Position numbers and translations under genes: made by a program. Shown in pieces: positions 7,850 through 17,305 of a stretch of 64,000 bases of DNA. Numbering within the stretch: position 1 is the stretch's first letter; every line of letters begins with the position of its first letter. The DNA is from Minisyncoccota bacterium (GTDB taxonomy: Bacteria > Patescibacteriota > Minisyncoccia > Minisyncoccales > JAQTVQ01): positions 3,510 through 67,509 of the forward strand of contig JAQTVQ010000002.1 in the NCBI GenBank assembly GCA_028706715.1, given 5' to 3'. Under the pieces are notes generated by a model. It ran no database searches and had not been told where the DNA came from. It saw nothing but the letters and a program-made list of their open reading frames with translations.

Positions 7850-8971
7850 ATGTACATCAAAGGCGTCGGAATGACAAAATTTGATTACAGCCAAAAACAA
7901 TGGTGGGAATTTGCTTATGAAGCGGCCTTGGACGCCTTGGAAGACGCAAAAATGAAAGCAAGCCAGCTTGACGCAATAGTATTAAGCACCATCTCCAGCG
8001 CCGGAGGAGGAGAGCACCAAACGCATAAAGTTTCTTTAATCTCCGATCTTTTTAAAACCCACATACCGATAATAGAAACTCCTTCCGTATGCTCCGGAGG
8101 GGGAGTGGCTTTTTGGACGGCAAACCGGCTCGGTTTTAAAAATGTTTTGGCTTTGAGCGGAGAGAAAGCGGTGGACAATCGCACCGAAATTACAACCGAT
8201 TTGATAATGTCCGCCGCAGACCGCTCCATAGAACAGACGGAAGGGATGATCTTTCCGGCTCAAAACGCCTTTGTTTGGCAGGAATATATGAAAAAATATA
8301 AAGCCACGATGGAAGACCTTTCTTTAATCTCTTATAAAAACCATCAGAACGCGGCTTTAAACCCAAAGGCTTATTATTATAAAAGGCAAGTGTCCTTGGA
8401 AGATATTAAAAAATCCCCGGAAGTCGCTTCTCCCTTGCGCTTAATGGACTGCTCCATGTCGGTTAACGGCGGAGCGGCCGCGATTTTAACTCAAGAAAAA
8501 ACCGACATAGAGGTGGCAGGATCGGGATTCGCAACCGATTATCTTCTTACTTTCGGAAGGGAGGAGACTCACCATTTTCGCGCTACCGAATTGGCGGCAA
8601 AAAGCGCCTACGAGCAAGCCCGGATTTCTCCTAAGGATATTGATGTCGCCGAACTCCACGACGCTTTTTCTCCCATAGAGCTTTTTTCCTATGAAGATTT
8701 GGGGTTCGTGCCGAAAGGACAAGGAGCCGAGCTTATAAGGTCGGGAAAAATAAATTTGGGAGGAGAGTTTCCAATCAACCCATCGGGAGGATTGAAAGCC
8801 AAAGGACATCCCATTTCAGTAACCGGATTGGCTCAAATTTATGAAATTACGAAACAGCTTAGAGGACAGTGCGGAGAGAGGCAGGCGAAAAACGCGCGCA
8901 TCGGATTATGCCAAAATATCGGAGGAGCGGGGGGAAGCATTACAGTGCATATCTTGAGAAAAATTAAATAA
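7850..8971 (+). CDS. Thiolase-like protein of the archaeal/SCP-x type (acetyl-CoA C-acetyltransferase family)
   Basis: GVGMTKF...LDAIVLSTISSAGGGEHQ...ETPSVCSGGGVAF. The active-site Cys context is typical of the thiolases that pair with DUF35 proteins. Confidence 0.7.
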   Translation: MYIKGVGMTKFDYSQKQWWEFAYEAALDALEDAKMKASQLDAIVLSTISSAGGGEHQTHKVSLISDLFKTHIPIIETPSVCSGGGVAFWTANRLGFKNVLALSGEKAVDNRTEITTDLIMSAADRSIEQTEGMIFPAQNAFVWQEYMKKYKATMEDLSLISYKNHQNAALNPKAYYYKRQVSLEDIKKSPEVASPLRLMDCSMSVNGGAAAILTQEKTDIEVAGSGFATDYLLTFGREETHHFRATELAAKSAYEQARISPKDIDVAELHDAFSPIELFSYEDLGFVPKGQGAELIRSGKINLGGEFPINPSGGLKAKGHPISVTGLAQIYEITKQLRGQCGERQAKNARIGLCQNIGGAGGSITVHILRKIK

Positions 8972-9464
8972 TTTTAAAATTGGAAAGAAGATCGTTAAAA
9001 TATTTTTTAATTAAAGGAGAAGATTCAATAACGCAGACCCCTTTGCCGGGCTGGCCGTATACAACGGCAAATCCTTTTTCAGACAACAGCACACAGGGAA
9101 TGGCAAGCAAATCTTCTTCACCTTCAACAAAAACGTTTTTGTTGAAAAAAATCGCTTCTTTGATAATCCTCCACGATTCCGACTGTATCGTCCCCGCCGG
9201 ATTTTCCAAAAAAAGATCATAACCCAACCCTTTTGGAACCGACATTCTCTGCGTCTTGCCGTCAAATATTTTAACATTGGAAGGCAAGTTTAAAGAACAA
9301 TAGTCTCCGACCGTAATCACTTTTTTAAAATTTCTTTGCCACGCAAGCCGGTTAAACCTTATTGATACTTCGTCGTCCGAACCGAAAATAGGAAAGCCTA
9401 TCGGCTCCCGCAATTTTTCCCTTAATGAATCCGGCAAAATGTAAGTTTGAAAGAAAACAGGCAT
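8964..9464 (-). CDS. Hypothetical protein that resembles the DUF359/COG1909 family (archaeal GTP-dependent dephospho-CoA kinase); assignment is tentative
   Basis: 166 aa with VFVEGEEDLLAIPCVLL...VVYGQPGKGVCVI. Family membership is from memory of the conserved EGEEDL-type motif. Confidence 0.3.
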   Translation of the reverse strand: MPVFFQTYILPDSLREKLREPIGFPIFGSDDEVSIRFNRLAWQRNFKKVITVGDYCSLNLPSNVKIFDGKTQRMSVPKGLGYDLFLENPAGTIQSESWRIIKEAIFFNKNVFVEGEEDLLAIPCVLLSEKGFAVVYGQPGKGVCVIESSPLIKKYFNDLLSNFKII

Positions 9465-9556
9465 AAGAAGGCGGCAAATTAAAAAATACCTTGTTTAAAA
9501 AACAAAATCAATAGAAATTAAAATGGTCCTCCAGCGGACGAAAAACCAATAATATT

Positions 9557-10588
9557 ATGTTTTACCAATGCCCGAAATGCAAAAGAAAATGGCAATATCC
9601 GGTTAAAAAATGTCCGGACTGCTTTGAAATGCTTGAAAAAATGAACTCTAAAACGGCAAAAGTTTTTGCCGTCTCCAAGATAAGCGTTCCTTCTTTGGCC
9701 CATCCCCATGTTCCTTATTTCGCTCTGCTTTTGGAAGATGAATTTAAAAACAAGTGGGCCCAAAAAAGCTTTAAAGAATATTCCGTTGGCCAATCCGTTG
9801 ATTATCCCGCTTCAGCGGACGCCAAAACCGTGGCAATTTGGCGCATCAAATATGATCTTTCCGAAGCAATTGAAAAAATCATCGGCTTAATCGGCGAACC
9901 AAACATAAAGCCAAAAAGCAAAATATTGATAATCCCGGCATTAAACGAGCCCAGGCATCCTTATTTCAAAAATAATACTTCTCCTGACTTTTTGGAGCAG
10001 ACCATTCTCCTCCTGATAAACCGCGGAGCTCAAAAAGAAAATATCCAAATAGCGGGGCAAAGCTTTAACGACATTCCCATTGAAGCATGCGCCATGAAGT
10101 CGGGATTGCTCAATGTCTGCCTTAAATACGGGATCCCTCCTTTGGATCTTTCCAAAATCCCTTTTGCCAAAAAGGATGATTTGGAGATTTCCGAAAATGT
10201 TTTTTCGGCGGATATAATTTTAAATCTTGCCATGCTTAAGACAGGAAAGGCCTGCGCTTCTGAAAATCTTTTTAAATTTTTAAATAAAAAAAATTATTTG
10301 GGATTGAAATATCTTTACGGAGAAAAAGAAATTTTTAAGAAAATACAGACCGTCCTGCCCGAAATATTGACTTTGGCGGAAGCCGACAGAATCCAAACAG
10401 AAGAAAAATTCGTCAGCTTTCTCGGTCTTGCCATGGCAAGCCGCGATTCCCTTGGGCTGGATGCCGTTTTTAACAAAATAAGACCCGGCAAGGCCTTGCC
10501 CAAAATATTGGCGGATATTAAGATGGAAGATGTTCTTATCGCCGGAAGGCAATTGGAAGAGTCCAAATTTGACAATATAAATATTTAA
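9557..10588 (+). CDS. DUF35-like Zn-ribbon/OB-fold protein (thiolase partner) fused to an uncharacterised ~230-aa C-terminal domain
   Basis: The N-terminus MFYQCPKCKRKWQYPVKKCPDCFE is a C4 zinc ribbon followed by an OB-like stretch, as in DUF35 proteins that complex with archaeal thiolase/HMG-CoA synthase. The C-terminal domain is unrecognised. Confidence 0.45.
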   Translation: MFYQCPKCKRKWQYPVKKCPDCFEMLEKMNSKTAKVFAVSKISVPSLAHPHVPYFALLLEDEFKNKWAQKSFKEYSVGQSVDYPASADAKTVAIWRIKYDLSEAIEKIIGLIGEPNIKPKSKILIIPALNEPRHPYFKNNTSPDFLEQTILLLINRGAQKENIQIAGQSFNDIPIEACAMKSGLLNVCLKYGIPPLDLSKIPFAKKDDLEISENVFSADIILNLAMLKTGKACASENLFKFLNKKNYLGLKYLYGEKEIFKKIQTVLPEILTLAEADRIQTEEKFVSFLGLAMASRDSLGLDAVFNKIRPGKALPKILADIKMEDVLIAGRQLEESKFDNINI

Positions 10589-10605
10589 AAAATAGAACAA
10601 AAAAA

Positions 10606-11349
10606 ATGAAAAATAAAATCGTTTTAGTAACAGGATCGTCTCAAGGGATAGGAAGAGCAATCGCTCTAAAATTTGCCGCTCTCGGAGCGCAAATCGCTTT
10701 AAACGATATCGCCTGCCAGGAAGAAAAATTAAAAGCCGTTAAATCAGAAATGGAAAACTTTGGGGCAAAAGCCGAATATTTCTTGGCCGACGTCTCCAAT
10801 TTTGAAGAAGTTGAAAAAATGACGGCCGCGATAAAAGAAAATTTCAGCGGATTGGACATTCTAGTAAACAACGCCGGCATCGCCAAAGACAGGACTCTTG
10901 CCAAAATGACGGCTGAAGAATGGCAAAAAGTAATTGATGTTAATCTGACCAGCGTGTTCAATTGCTCTAAAAACGCTTTGCCTCTTCTGATTGCAAGCCA
11001 AGGAAGCATAGTCAATATTTCTTCATTCTCCGCTTTAAGAGGAAATTTCGGACAGGCAAATTACACCGCGGCAAAAGCGGGAATTATCGGTTTTACCAAA
11101 ACTTTGTCAAAAGAAGTCGGAAAATTCGGAGTAAGAGTTAACGCAGTGGCCCCCGGGTTCATTGAATCAAATATGACCCAGGCAATGGATATGCCCGAAG
11201 AAATTAAAATGATGGTAAAAAAGCTCACCTCTCTCGGGAGAGCCGGCCAGCCTGAAGAAGTGGCAAACGCAGTCGCTTTTCTCGCTTCATCCGAAGCAAG
11301 TTTTATTACCGGAACAGTCTTAAACATAGACGGAGGGCTGGCGATATAA
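10606..11349 (+). CDS. fabG: 3-oxoacyl-(ACP/CoA) reductase, SDR family (FabG-like)
   Basis: VLVTGSSQGIGRAIA, NNAGI, YTAAKAG...VNAVAPGFIESNMT are the classical SDR/FabG motifs. Confidence 0.8.
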   Translation: MKNKIVLVTGSSQGIGRAIALKFAALGAQIALNDIACQEEKLKAVKSEMENFGAKAEYFLADVSNFEEVEKMTAAIKENFSGLDILVNNAGIAKDRTLAKMTAEEWQKVIDVNLTSVFNCSKNALPLLIASQGSIVNISSFSALRGNFGQANYTAAKAGIIGFTKTLSKEVGKFGVRVNAVAPGFIESNMTQAMDMPEEIKMMVKKLTSLGRAGQPEEVANAVAFLASSEASFITGTVLNIDGGLAI

Positions 11350-11515
11350 AACAATAAATAATAAATAACATAATTGACCATTGCCTCACAAGCTTTGGAA
11401 AACAAAAAAACATGTTAGCAATAAGCCAAAAACAAGTTAAAAACTTCTTCCTTTAAACAATATAAAAATCGTTATTAAAGCGGTTGAAAACGCTTTCGGC
11501 GATTACGGCAGAGAT

Positions 11516-12387
11516 TTGGTTCAGATGCCCTGCAAGCAATATCTTTATTTTACCGAAAACAACGGCGATTTAAGGGTGATGCCTTCTTATTCTTCGGTTT
11601 TAAAAATGGCCGGAACAAAAATCGTTAACGTCCATCCCGACAATCCGAAAAAAGGATTGCTGACCGTTATGGCCAGCATTCTTTTAAACGATCCCAAAAC
11701 AGGAATGCCCGTATCAATTATGGATGGAAGCTACATCACCGCCATGAGAACCGGCGCCGCCGGAGCGGTGGCAACCAAATATTTGGCTAGAGAAGACGCC
11801 ATTACTTTAGGAGTTGTCGGAGCCGGGATCCAGGCCGTCTATCAAATCGCCGCCATCTCTAAAGTCCGCAAACTTAAATCAATAGCGGTTGCCGATCCCA
11901 ATGAAAAAGCCGTAAAAACCTTAATTAAAACATTGGAGAAAGAAGGAATAGAAGTCCGCGAAGCAAAAATAGAAGAAGTTTGCGGAATGGATATTCTGAC
12001 AACAACCACCCCTGTCAGAAAGCCGATTATCAAAAAAGAGTGGATTAGGCCCGGAACGCATATCAATGCCATCGGCGCGGACGCGGAAGGCAAAGAAGAG
12101 CTTGAACCGGATATTTTAAGAGAAGCAAAATAATTATTGATGATTGGGCCCAAGCCAGCCATTCCGGAGAGATAAACGTTCCGGTCAGCCAAGGGATAAT
12201 ATCCAAAGAAAACGTTTGGGCCGGGCTTGGAGACATTGTAGCCGGAAAAAAAATTGGAAGAAACAGCCCCGAAGAGATAACTATGTTTGATTCTACCGGT
12301 TTGGGACTCCAAGATCTTTACACTGCCGTTGAAGTCTTAAAGCTGGCAAAAAAACAAGGAGTCGGCAAAGAAATAGAACTCATCTAG
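11516..12387 (+). pseudogene. Ornithine cyclodeaminase/mu-crystallin family gene with an unusual or missing 5' start and a -1 frameshift at 12127..12133
   Basis: The first frame (to the TAA at 12131..12133) encodes the Rossmann part (GVVGAGIQAVYQ...INAIGADAEGKEELEPDILREAK*). The family C-terminus (IIIDDWAQASHSGEIN...GRNSPEEITMFDSTGLGLQDL) continues in the -1 frame from 12127 to 12387. The junction is a 4-A run. The frame is open to 11441 upstream, but no ATG is present. Confidence 0.55.
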
Positions 12388-12505
12388 ATTGTAGCTTGCA
12401 GGAGTCTCTCCTTCGGAGAGAAAGGAATAATAATATCATGTCCTTCTTATCCGCTCTTAAACGGATAAAACTTCCTACAAGCTAATTCCTACAAGCTCAA
12501 AATTT

Positions 12506-14005
12506 ATGCTTTATTCCAAAGAACAAATTAAAAAAATTATTCCTTACGACGATCCCTTTCTTTGGGTTGACGAGATAGAAAAGATAGAAGGAGACACTAT
12601 CTTCGGCTATAAGCAAACCTCTCCCAACGATTCTCATTTCAAGGGCCACTTTGTTGATTTTCCCATTATGCCCGGAGTTTTAGTGGTTGAAGGCCTTGCC
12701 CAAACAGGAACCCTTTTGCTCCGCGAAAAGCTGGGCGGAAACCATCAAGAAAAACATATCCTGGCTTATCAGGTAAGAAACACCCTGTTCTATTCGCCCA
12801 TAATGCCCGGGGACAAGATTAAATACAAAGTCAGGCTTCTCGGAACATACGGCGCTAAAATCTCCAACTTTGTCGGAGAAGCTTATGTTGGAGACGCCTT
12901 AAAGTGCGAGTTAAGGTTCTCCGCGGCAATAATGGACAAAAAAGAGATGAAAGAAAAGTTTCTAGCAAAAGAAAGAGGCTCTTCCCAAGAAAAGAAAAAA
13001 TTATTCAACCTTCCGGAACTAAAAGTGGGCAGGCTAAAGGCAAAGCTTCCTATTATTCAAGGGGGAATGGCTGTAAGAGTTTCCTTGCATAAACTGGCCG
13101 GAAATGTCGCCAAAGAAGGAGGAGTCGGAATTATCGCGGTTTCAGGAATGAAAGACTCAAGAGAAGTAAAAGAAGAAATCAAAAAAGCGCGCGAAATTGC
13201 AAAGGGAAACGGCGCAATCGGCATAAACATAATGGGAGTTGTCGGCCAGTTTAAACAACTGGTGGCGGCGGCGGTTGAAGAAAAAGTTGATCTTATAGTC
13301 CAAGGAGCCGGATTTCGCACCGATATTTTTGAAATGGCAGGAAAAGAATCCATTCCGGTTTTTGCGATGGCTTCGTCGGTAAAGGTGGCCAAAAAAGCGG
13401 AAGAAGCCGGAGCGTCGGCAGTCGTCATTGAAGGATGCGATGCCGGCGGACATTTAGGATTTCCCAAAGGACGCCCGTTCAAAAAAACAATAGATATTGT
13501 TAAAGAAGCCGTAAAGGAAGTCAAAATTCCCATTATAGCGGCCGGAGGGATTTTTGACGGAAAAGATATAGTTGAAATGCTAAAAGCCGGAGCAAAAGGA
13601 GTGCAAATGGCAACCCGTTTTGTCGCCACTGAAGAATGCGACGCAGACATAAAGTTCAAGCAAGCGCATATCAATGCCAAAAAAGAAGACGTGGTGATTA
13701 TCCATTCTCCGGTAGGACTGCCCGGCAGGGCCGTCAAAACTCCTTTTGTTGAAAAGCTGCTAAAAGGCTCCGCTCCAAAACCTGATCCGATTGAGTGCCA
13801 AGGATGCATAGGCCCAGTCTGCGATAAAAGCTATTGCATATTAAAAGTCTTGGAAAACGCCAGAAAAGGAGATTTGGAAAACGGATTGGTTTTCGCCGGA
13901 TCCAATGTATGGAGAGTCAACAAAATGACAACAGTAAAAGAGCTTATCAAGGAGCTGGTTGACGAGGCGAACGGAATACTGGCAAAAGAGCCTCTCTATA
14001 TATAA
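12506..14005 (+). CDS. Fusion protein: FabZ/FabA-type hotdog 3-hydroxyacyl dehydratase (N-terminal) plus FabK/nitronate-monooxygenase-type FMN enoyl reductase (C-terminal)
   Basis: The N-terminus PYDDPFLWVDEIEKIE...SHFKGHFVDFPIMPGVLVVEGLAQTG is the FabZ signature. The C-terminus IIQGGMAVRVS...IEGCDAGGHLG...IPIIAAGGIFDGKD is NMO/FabK-like. Confidence 0.7.
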   Translation: MLYSKEQIKKIIPYDDPFLWVDEIEKIEGDTIFGYKQTSPNDSHFKGHFVDFPIMPGVLVVEGLAQTGTLLLREKLGGNHQEKHILAYQVRNTLFYSPIMPGDKIKYKVRLLGTYGAKISNFVGEAYVGDALKCELRFSAAIMDKKEMKEKFLAKERGSSQEKKKLFNLPELKVGRLKAKLPIIQGGMAVRVSLHKLAGNVAKEGGVGIIAVSGMKDSREVKEEIKKAREIAKGNGAIGINIMGVVGQFKQLVAAAVEEKVDLIVQGAGFRTDIFEMAGKESIPVFAMASSVKVAKKAEEAGASAVVIEGCDAGGHLGFPKGRPFKKTIDIVKEAVKEVKIPIIAAGGIFDGKDIVEMLKAGAKGVQMATRFVATEECDADIKFKQAHINAKKEDVVIIHSPVGLPGRAVKTPFVEKLLKGSAPKPDPIECQGCIGPVCDKSYCILKVLENARKGDLENGLVFAGSNVWRVNKMTTVKELIKELVDEANGILAKEPLYI

Positions 14006-14020
14006 AAATTTCAATAACCA

Positions 14021-14045
14021 ATTTACCTGCCTACCGGCAGGCATT
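14021..14045. promoter_or_regulatory. Conserved palindromic intergenic element, copy 1 (TTTACCTGCCTaCCGGCAGGCA)
   Basis: Between the FabZ-FabK fusion stop (14005) and the fabK start. Near-identical to the copy at 18368..18396. Confidence 0.5.
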
Positions 14046-14133
14046 GGATTTTCAATGCTTCAATGATCAAACCGCATACGCTTATTTGAGAATTGAAACA
14101 TTATATTATTTATTGAAAATTAAAAATTGAAAA

Positions 14134-15066
14134 TTGAAAATTTATTCGCAGAATATGCCTGGAGAAAACAAACTTACAAAACTTCTGAATATAGGATATC
14201 CGATCATCCAAGGAGGAATGGCCGGTATTTCCGAATCAAAACTGGTTTCCGCGGTTTCCAATTCCAACGGACTGGGAACTATAGGAGCGGGACTGATGCC
14301 GGCTTCCTGGCTGGAGCAGGAAATCGTAAAAACGCGGCAGCTGACAGAAAAGCCTTTTGCGGTAAATCTTTTTATGCAAAATCCAAAGGTTGAAGAGATA
14401 GTTAAGACCATTATCAAAAATAAAGTTTCTATCGTCTTTATCGGAGGAGGAAATCCCATGCTCGTTATGCCTTACCTGAAAAACGCCGGAATAATTACAA
14501 TCCCAGTCGTTCCCTCTCCAAGGCTCGCGAAAAAAATGGAAGATAGCGGCGCGGACGCCGTAGTTGTTGAAGGAATAGAATCGGGAGGGCATCTTGGTCC
14601 AAATACCACTTTTTGCCTCATCCCCCAAACGGCAAAGCTAGTTGAAAAAATTCCCGTTATCGCGGCCGGAGGGATTTTTGACGGAAAGACTGCAGCAATG
14701 GCTATGGATGCCGGAGCCGACGGCGTCCAAATAGGCACAAGATTTTTGGCTGCTTCGGAGTGCGTTGTTTCTGAAAGCTACAAGCAAAGAATTTTGGACG
14801 CCTCCGCAGACGATATTGAGGTCGTCTTGGCTTTTACCGGCCACCCTTTGAGAGTAATCAAAAACAAATGGGCCGAAGATATGAAAAAGCTGGAAGCAAA
14901 AAACGTCTTCCCTGAAGAATTGAACGCAGGGAAAATAGCCGGATCCTTGGGAGGGGAGAATGTAGATAATATCCCTCTTTTGGCGGGATTATGCTCGGCA
15001 AGCATCAAGGAAATAAAATCCTGCCGGGAGATTATAGAAGAAATTGCCGAATCTTTAAAAAAATGA
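14134..15066 (+). CDS. fabK: FabK-like FMN-dependent enoyl-(acyl) reductase (nitronate monooxygenase family)
   Basis: YPIIQGGMAGISESKLVSAVSNSNGLGTIGAG, GIESGGHLG, IPVIAAGGIFDGKTAAMAMDAGADGVQIGTRF. Confidence 0.7.
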   Translation: MKIYSQNMPGENKLTKLLNIGYPIIQGGMAGISESKLVSAVSNSNGLGTIGAGLMPASWLEQEIVKTRQLTEKPFAVNLFMQNPKVEEIVKTIIKNKVSIVFIGGGNPMLVMPYLKNAGIITIPVVPSPRLAKKMEDSGADAVVVEGIESGGHLGPNTTFCLIPQTAKLVEKIPVIAAGGIFDGKTAAMAMDAGADGVQIGTRFLAASECVVSESYKQRILDASADDIEVVLAFTGHPLRVIKNKWAEDMKKLEAKNVFPEELNAGKIAGSLGGENVDNIPLLAGLCSASIKEIKSCREIIEEIAESLKK

Positions 15067-15719
15067 ACAAAACAGGGGCAACAATTTGCAAAATACTCCT
15101 TAAACCGGCCATAGAAAAGACGTTCATTAATAAAATAAGAGGAGAGAAAAACATTCCGAAGGGCAATTTTATATTGGCCGCGAATCATCAAAGCAACCTT
15201 GACCATATTATTATCGGGTCTTTCCTTGTTCCGAGAAAATTCAAATTTATGGGACAAACCGACGGGCACAAAGGCGTAAAAAAAATATTGGTAAATTTAT
15301 TTTACGGCTTTTTTGGAGTAATTCCCTTAGACAGAGGCAGCAGCAAATCCAAAAAAACAGCCATTCAAAAAGCGGTGGAGGCTATAAAAAAAGGATATGT
15401 TCTAGGCATTTATCCCGAAGGCACAAGAACCCGCACAGGAACGCTGGGAGAGGCAAAACCCGGAGTGGCTAAAATATTTTTGGCCAGCGGTGCGCCGATT
15501 GTCCCGATAGCCATCAAGGGAGCCTTTGAGCTTTTTCCTCCTCACGGAAAATTAAAAATTAAAAGATCCATAGAAGTAAGGATAGGAAAGCCGATTTACT
15601 TTAAAAAAGAGCTGAAAGCGGGGCAAGGAATTCCTTACCGATCCGAAAAGTACCAAAATTTATGCAAAAAAATTTCCGAAAAAGTAATGTCTAAAATTTC
15701 GGAACTGTCCAAAAAATAA
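15064..15719 (+). CDS. plsC: 1-acyl-sn-glycerol-3-phosphate acyltransferase (PlsC family)
   Basis: The HX4D motif ANHQSNLDH and PEGTRT are present. The start was chosen at the ATG at 15064, which overlaps the upstream stop. The ORF track frame extends to 14991. Confidence 0.7.
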
Positions 15720-15723
15720 TATT

Positions 15724-17253
15724 ATGGCAAAAATAAAAAAAATACTAATAGCCAACAGGGGAGAAGTAGCTTTGCGCATAATCCGAACCTGCAAGGAAAT
15801 GGGAATAAAAACGGCGGCTCTTTGCCCTATGCCCGGACAGGAAAAGTTTTTTTTGGAAACCAAATTTGCCGATGAATATCATTTTTTAAACCAAGAAGGA
15901 AGCCATGGATACTTAAGCTCTGAAAAAATTATAAGCATAGCGAAAAAAGCAAACGCTGACGCTATCCATCCGGGATACGGATTCCTTTCTGAAAATTGGA
16001 AGTTCGCAGAGCTTTGCGAAAAAAATAAAATCAAGTTTATCGGACCCGATCCGGACATCTTAAAAATTTTTGAAGATAAAATAAAAGCTAAAAATTTTGC
16101 CGAAAGCGAAGGGCTCCCGATTTTGCCGGCAAGCAAAGGATCTATAAAAACTCAAAAAGACTTGATGGAATGGGCTCAAAAAATTGGCTCTCCTTTTGTT
16201 CTCAAAGCCCAAAGAGGAGGAGGAGGGATCGGCATAAGAATAATTGACGGAGAGATTACCGTAAACCAAATTTCTTCAATTTCTTCCGATATCCAAAGGC
16301 AAATGTCGGTTTCTTTTTCCGACGCGGATTTTTTTCTGGAAAAATATCTGCCCGAGGCCAAGCATATAGAATTTCAAATCCTCGGAGACGGAAAAAACGC
16401 CGTGCATCTCGGAGAAAGGGAATGCACTATCCAAAGAAGATTCCAAAAACTGCTTGAAGAAGCTCCTTCCTCTTTTCTAGACAGCGAGTTAAGAGAAAAA
16501 ATGGGATCGCTGGCGGCCGGACTGGCTAAAAAACTAAAGTATAAAGGAGCCGCTACGGTAGAATTTTTGGTAGACAGAAATAAAAATTTTTATTTTATGG
16601 AGGTTAATCCGCGGCTTCAAGTTGAACATCCGATTACCGAAGCGATTACCGGCATTGATATAGTCGCCGAGCAAATTAAAATAAGCCAAGGAGAAGAATT
16701 GGGCTTCAGCCAAAAAGACATTCGCCTGAACGGCTGGGCGATAGAAGCGAGAATCAACGCCGAAGATCCCCAAAAAAAATTCCGGCCATGCCCGGGGACC
16801 GTTCAAAAATATCTGCCTCCGGGAGGACAGGGAATTTTTATGCATACTTTTCTTCAACAGGGACAAAAAATTTATCCTTATTTTGATTCTATGATGGCAA
16901 AGCTGGTTGCTTGCGGTAAAAACCGGCAAGAAGCTATCGCCAAGCTTAACCGCGCGCTGGACGAATTAATTATTGAAGGAGTCCCCACCACCTCTCCCTT
17001 TTTCAAAATAGTCGCCGCTGACAGCAGCTTTTTGAAAGGAGATTTTTTTACCAATTTTATAGAGAGAAAGGACATCGCGCAGAAGCTTTCCAAGGAACCG
17101 GCTCAGCTTTTCTGCGAGGTGTGCGAAGTAGAAGAAAAAGATATCGCTGAAATTGTTTTTCATATATATAAAGAGCTGAAAAAGGAAAAGCCCGAATCTC
17201 CGCAAAAAACATCAAATTGGATTTTGGCCCAAAGATTAAAAATGCTGGAATAA
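15724..17253 (+). CDS. accC: Biotin carboxylase subunit of acetyl/acyl-CoA carboxylase
   Basis: MAKIKKILIANRGEVALRIIRTCKEMGI..., ATP-grasp motifs, 509 aa. Confidence 0.9.
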   Translation: MAKIKKILIANRGEVALRIIRTCKEMGIKTAALCPMPGQEKFFLETKFADEYHFLNQEGSHGYLSSEKIISIAKKANADAIHPGYGFLSENWKFAELCEKNKIKFIGPDPDILKIFEDKIKAKNFAESEGLPILPASKGSIKTQKDLMEWAQKIGSPFVLKAQRGGGGIGIRIIDGEITVNQISSISSDIQRQMSVSFSDADFFLEKYLPEAKHIEFQILGDGKNAVHLGERECTIQRRFQKLLEEAPSSFLDSELREKMGSLAAGLAKKLKYKGAATVEFLVDRNKNFYFMEVNPRLQVEHPITEAITGIDIVAEQIKISQGEELGFSQKDIRLNGWAIEARINAEDPQKKFRPCPGTVQKYLPPGGQGIFMHTFLQQGQKIYPYFDSMMAKLVACGKNRQEAIAKLNRALDELIIEGVPTTSPFFKIVAADSSFLKGDFFTNFIERKDIAQKLSKEPAQLFCEVCEVEEKDIAEIVFHIYKELKKEKPESPQKTSNWILAQRLKMLE

Positions 17254-17305
17254 AATATTGCGGCAGCGATGCGGCAATATGGAACAGCTTTGAATCCTCT
17301 TAAAA

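Noticed and set aside
13057-13809. 250-aa minus-strand ORF
   Set aside because: It lies entirely antisense to the strongly supported FabZ-FabK fusion gene. Its composition (Ala/Ser/Pro/Thr-rich) is typical of a shadow frame on a GC-richer coding segment.
14108-14140. TTGAAAAT tandem iterations (also near 17700 and 27690)
   Set aside because: Short AT-rich iterations upstream of gene starts in an AT-rich genome. They are probably just promoter-proximal low complexity (TTGAAA-like -35 hexamers). Not distinctive enough to report as a repeat family.
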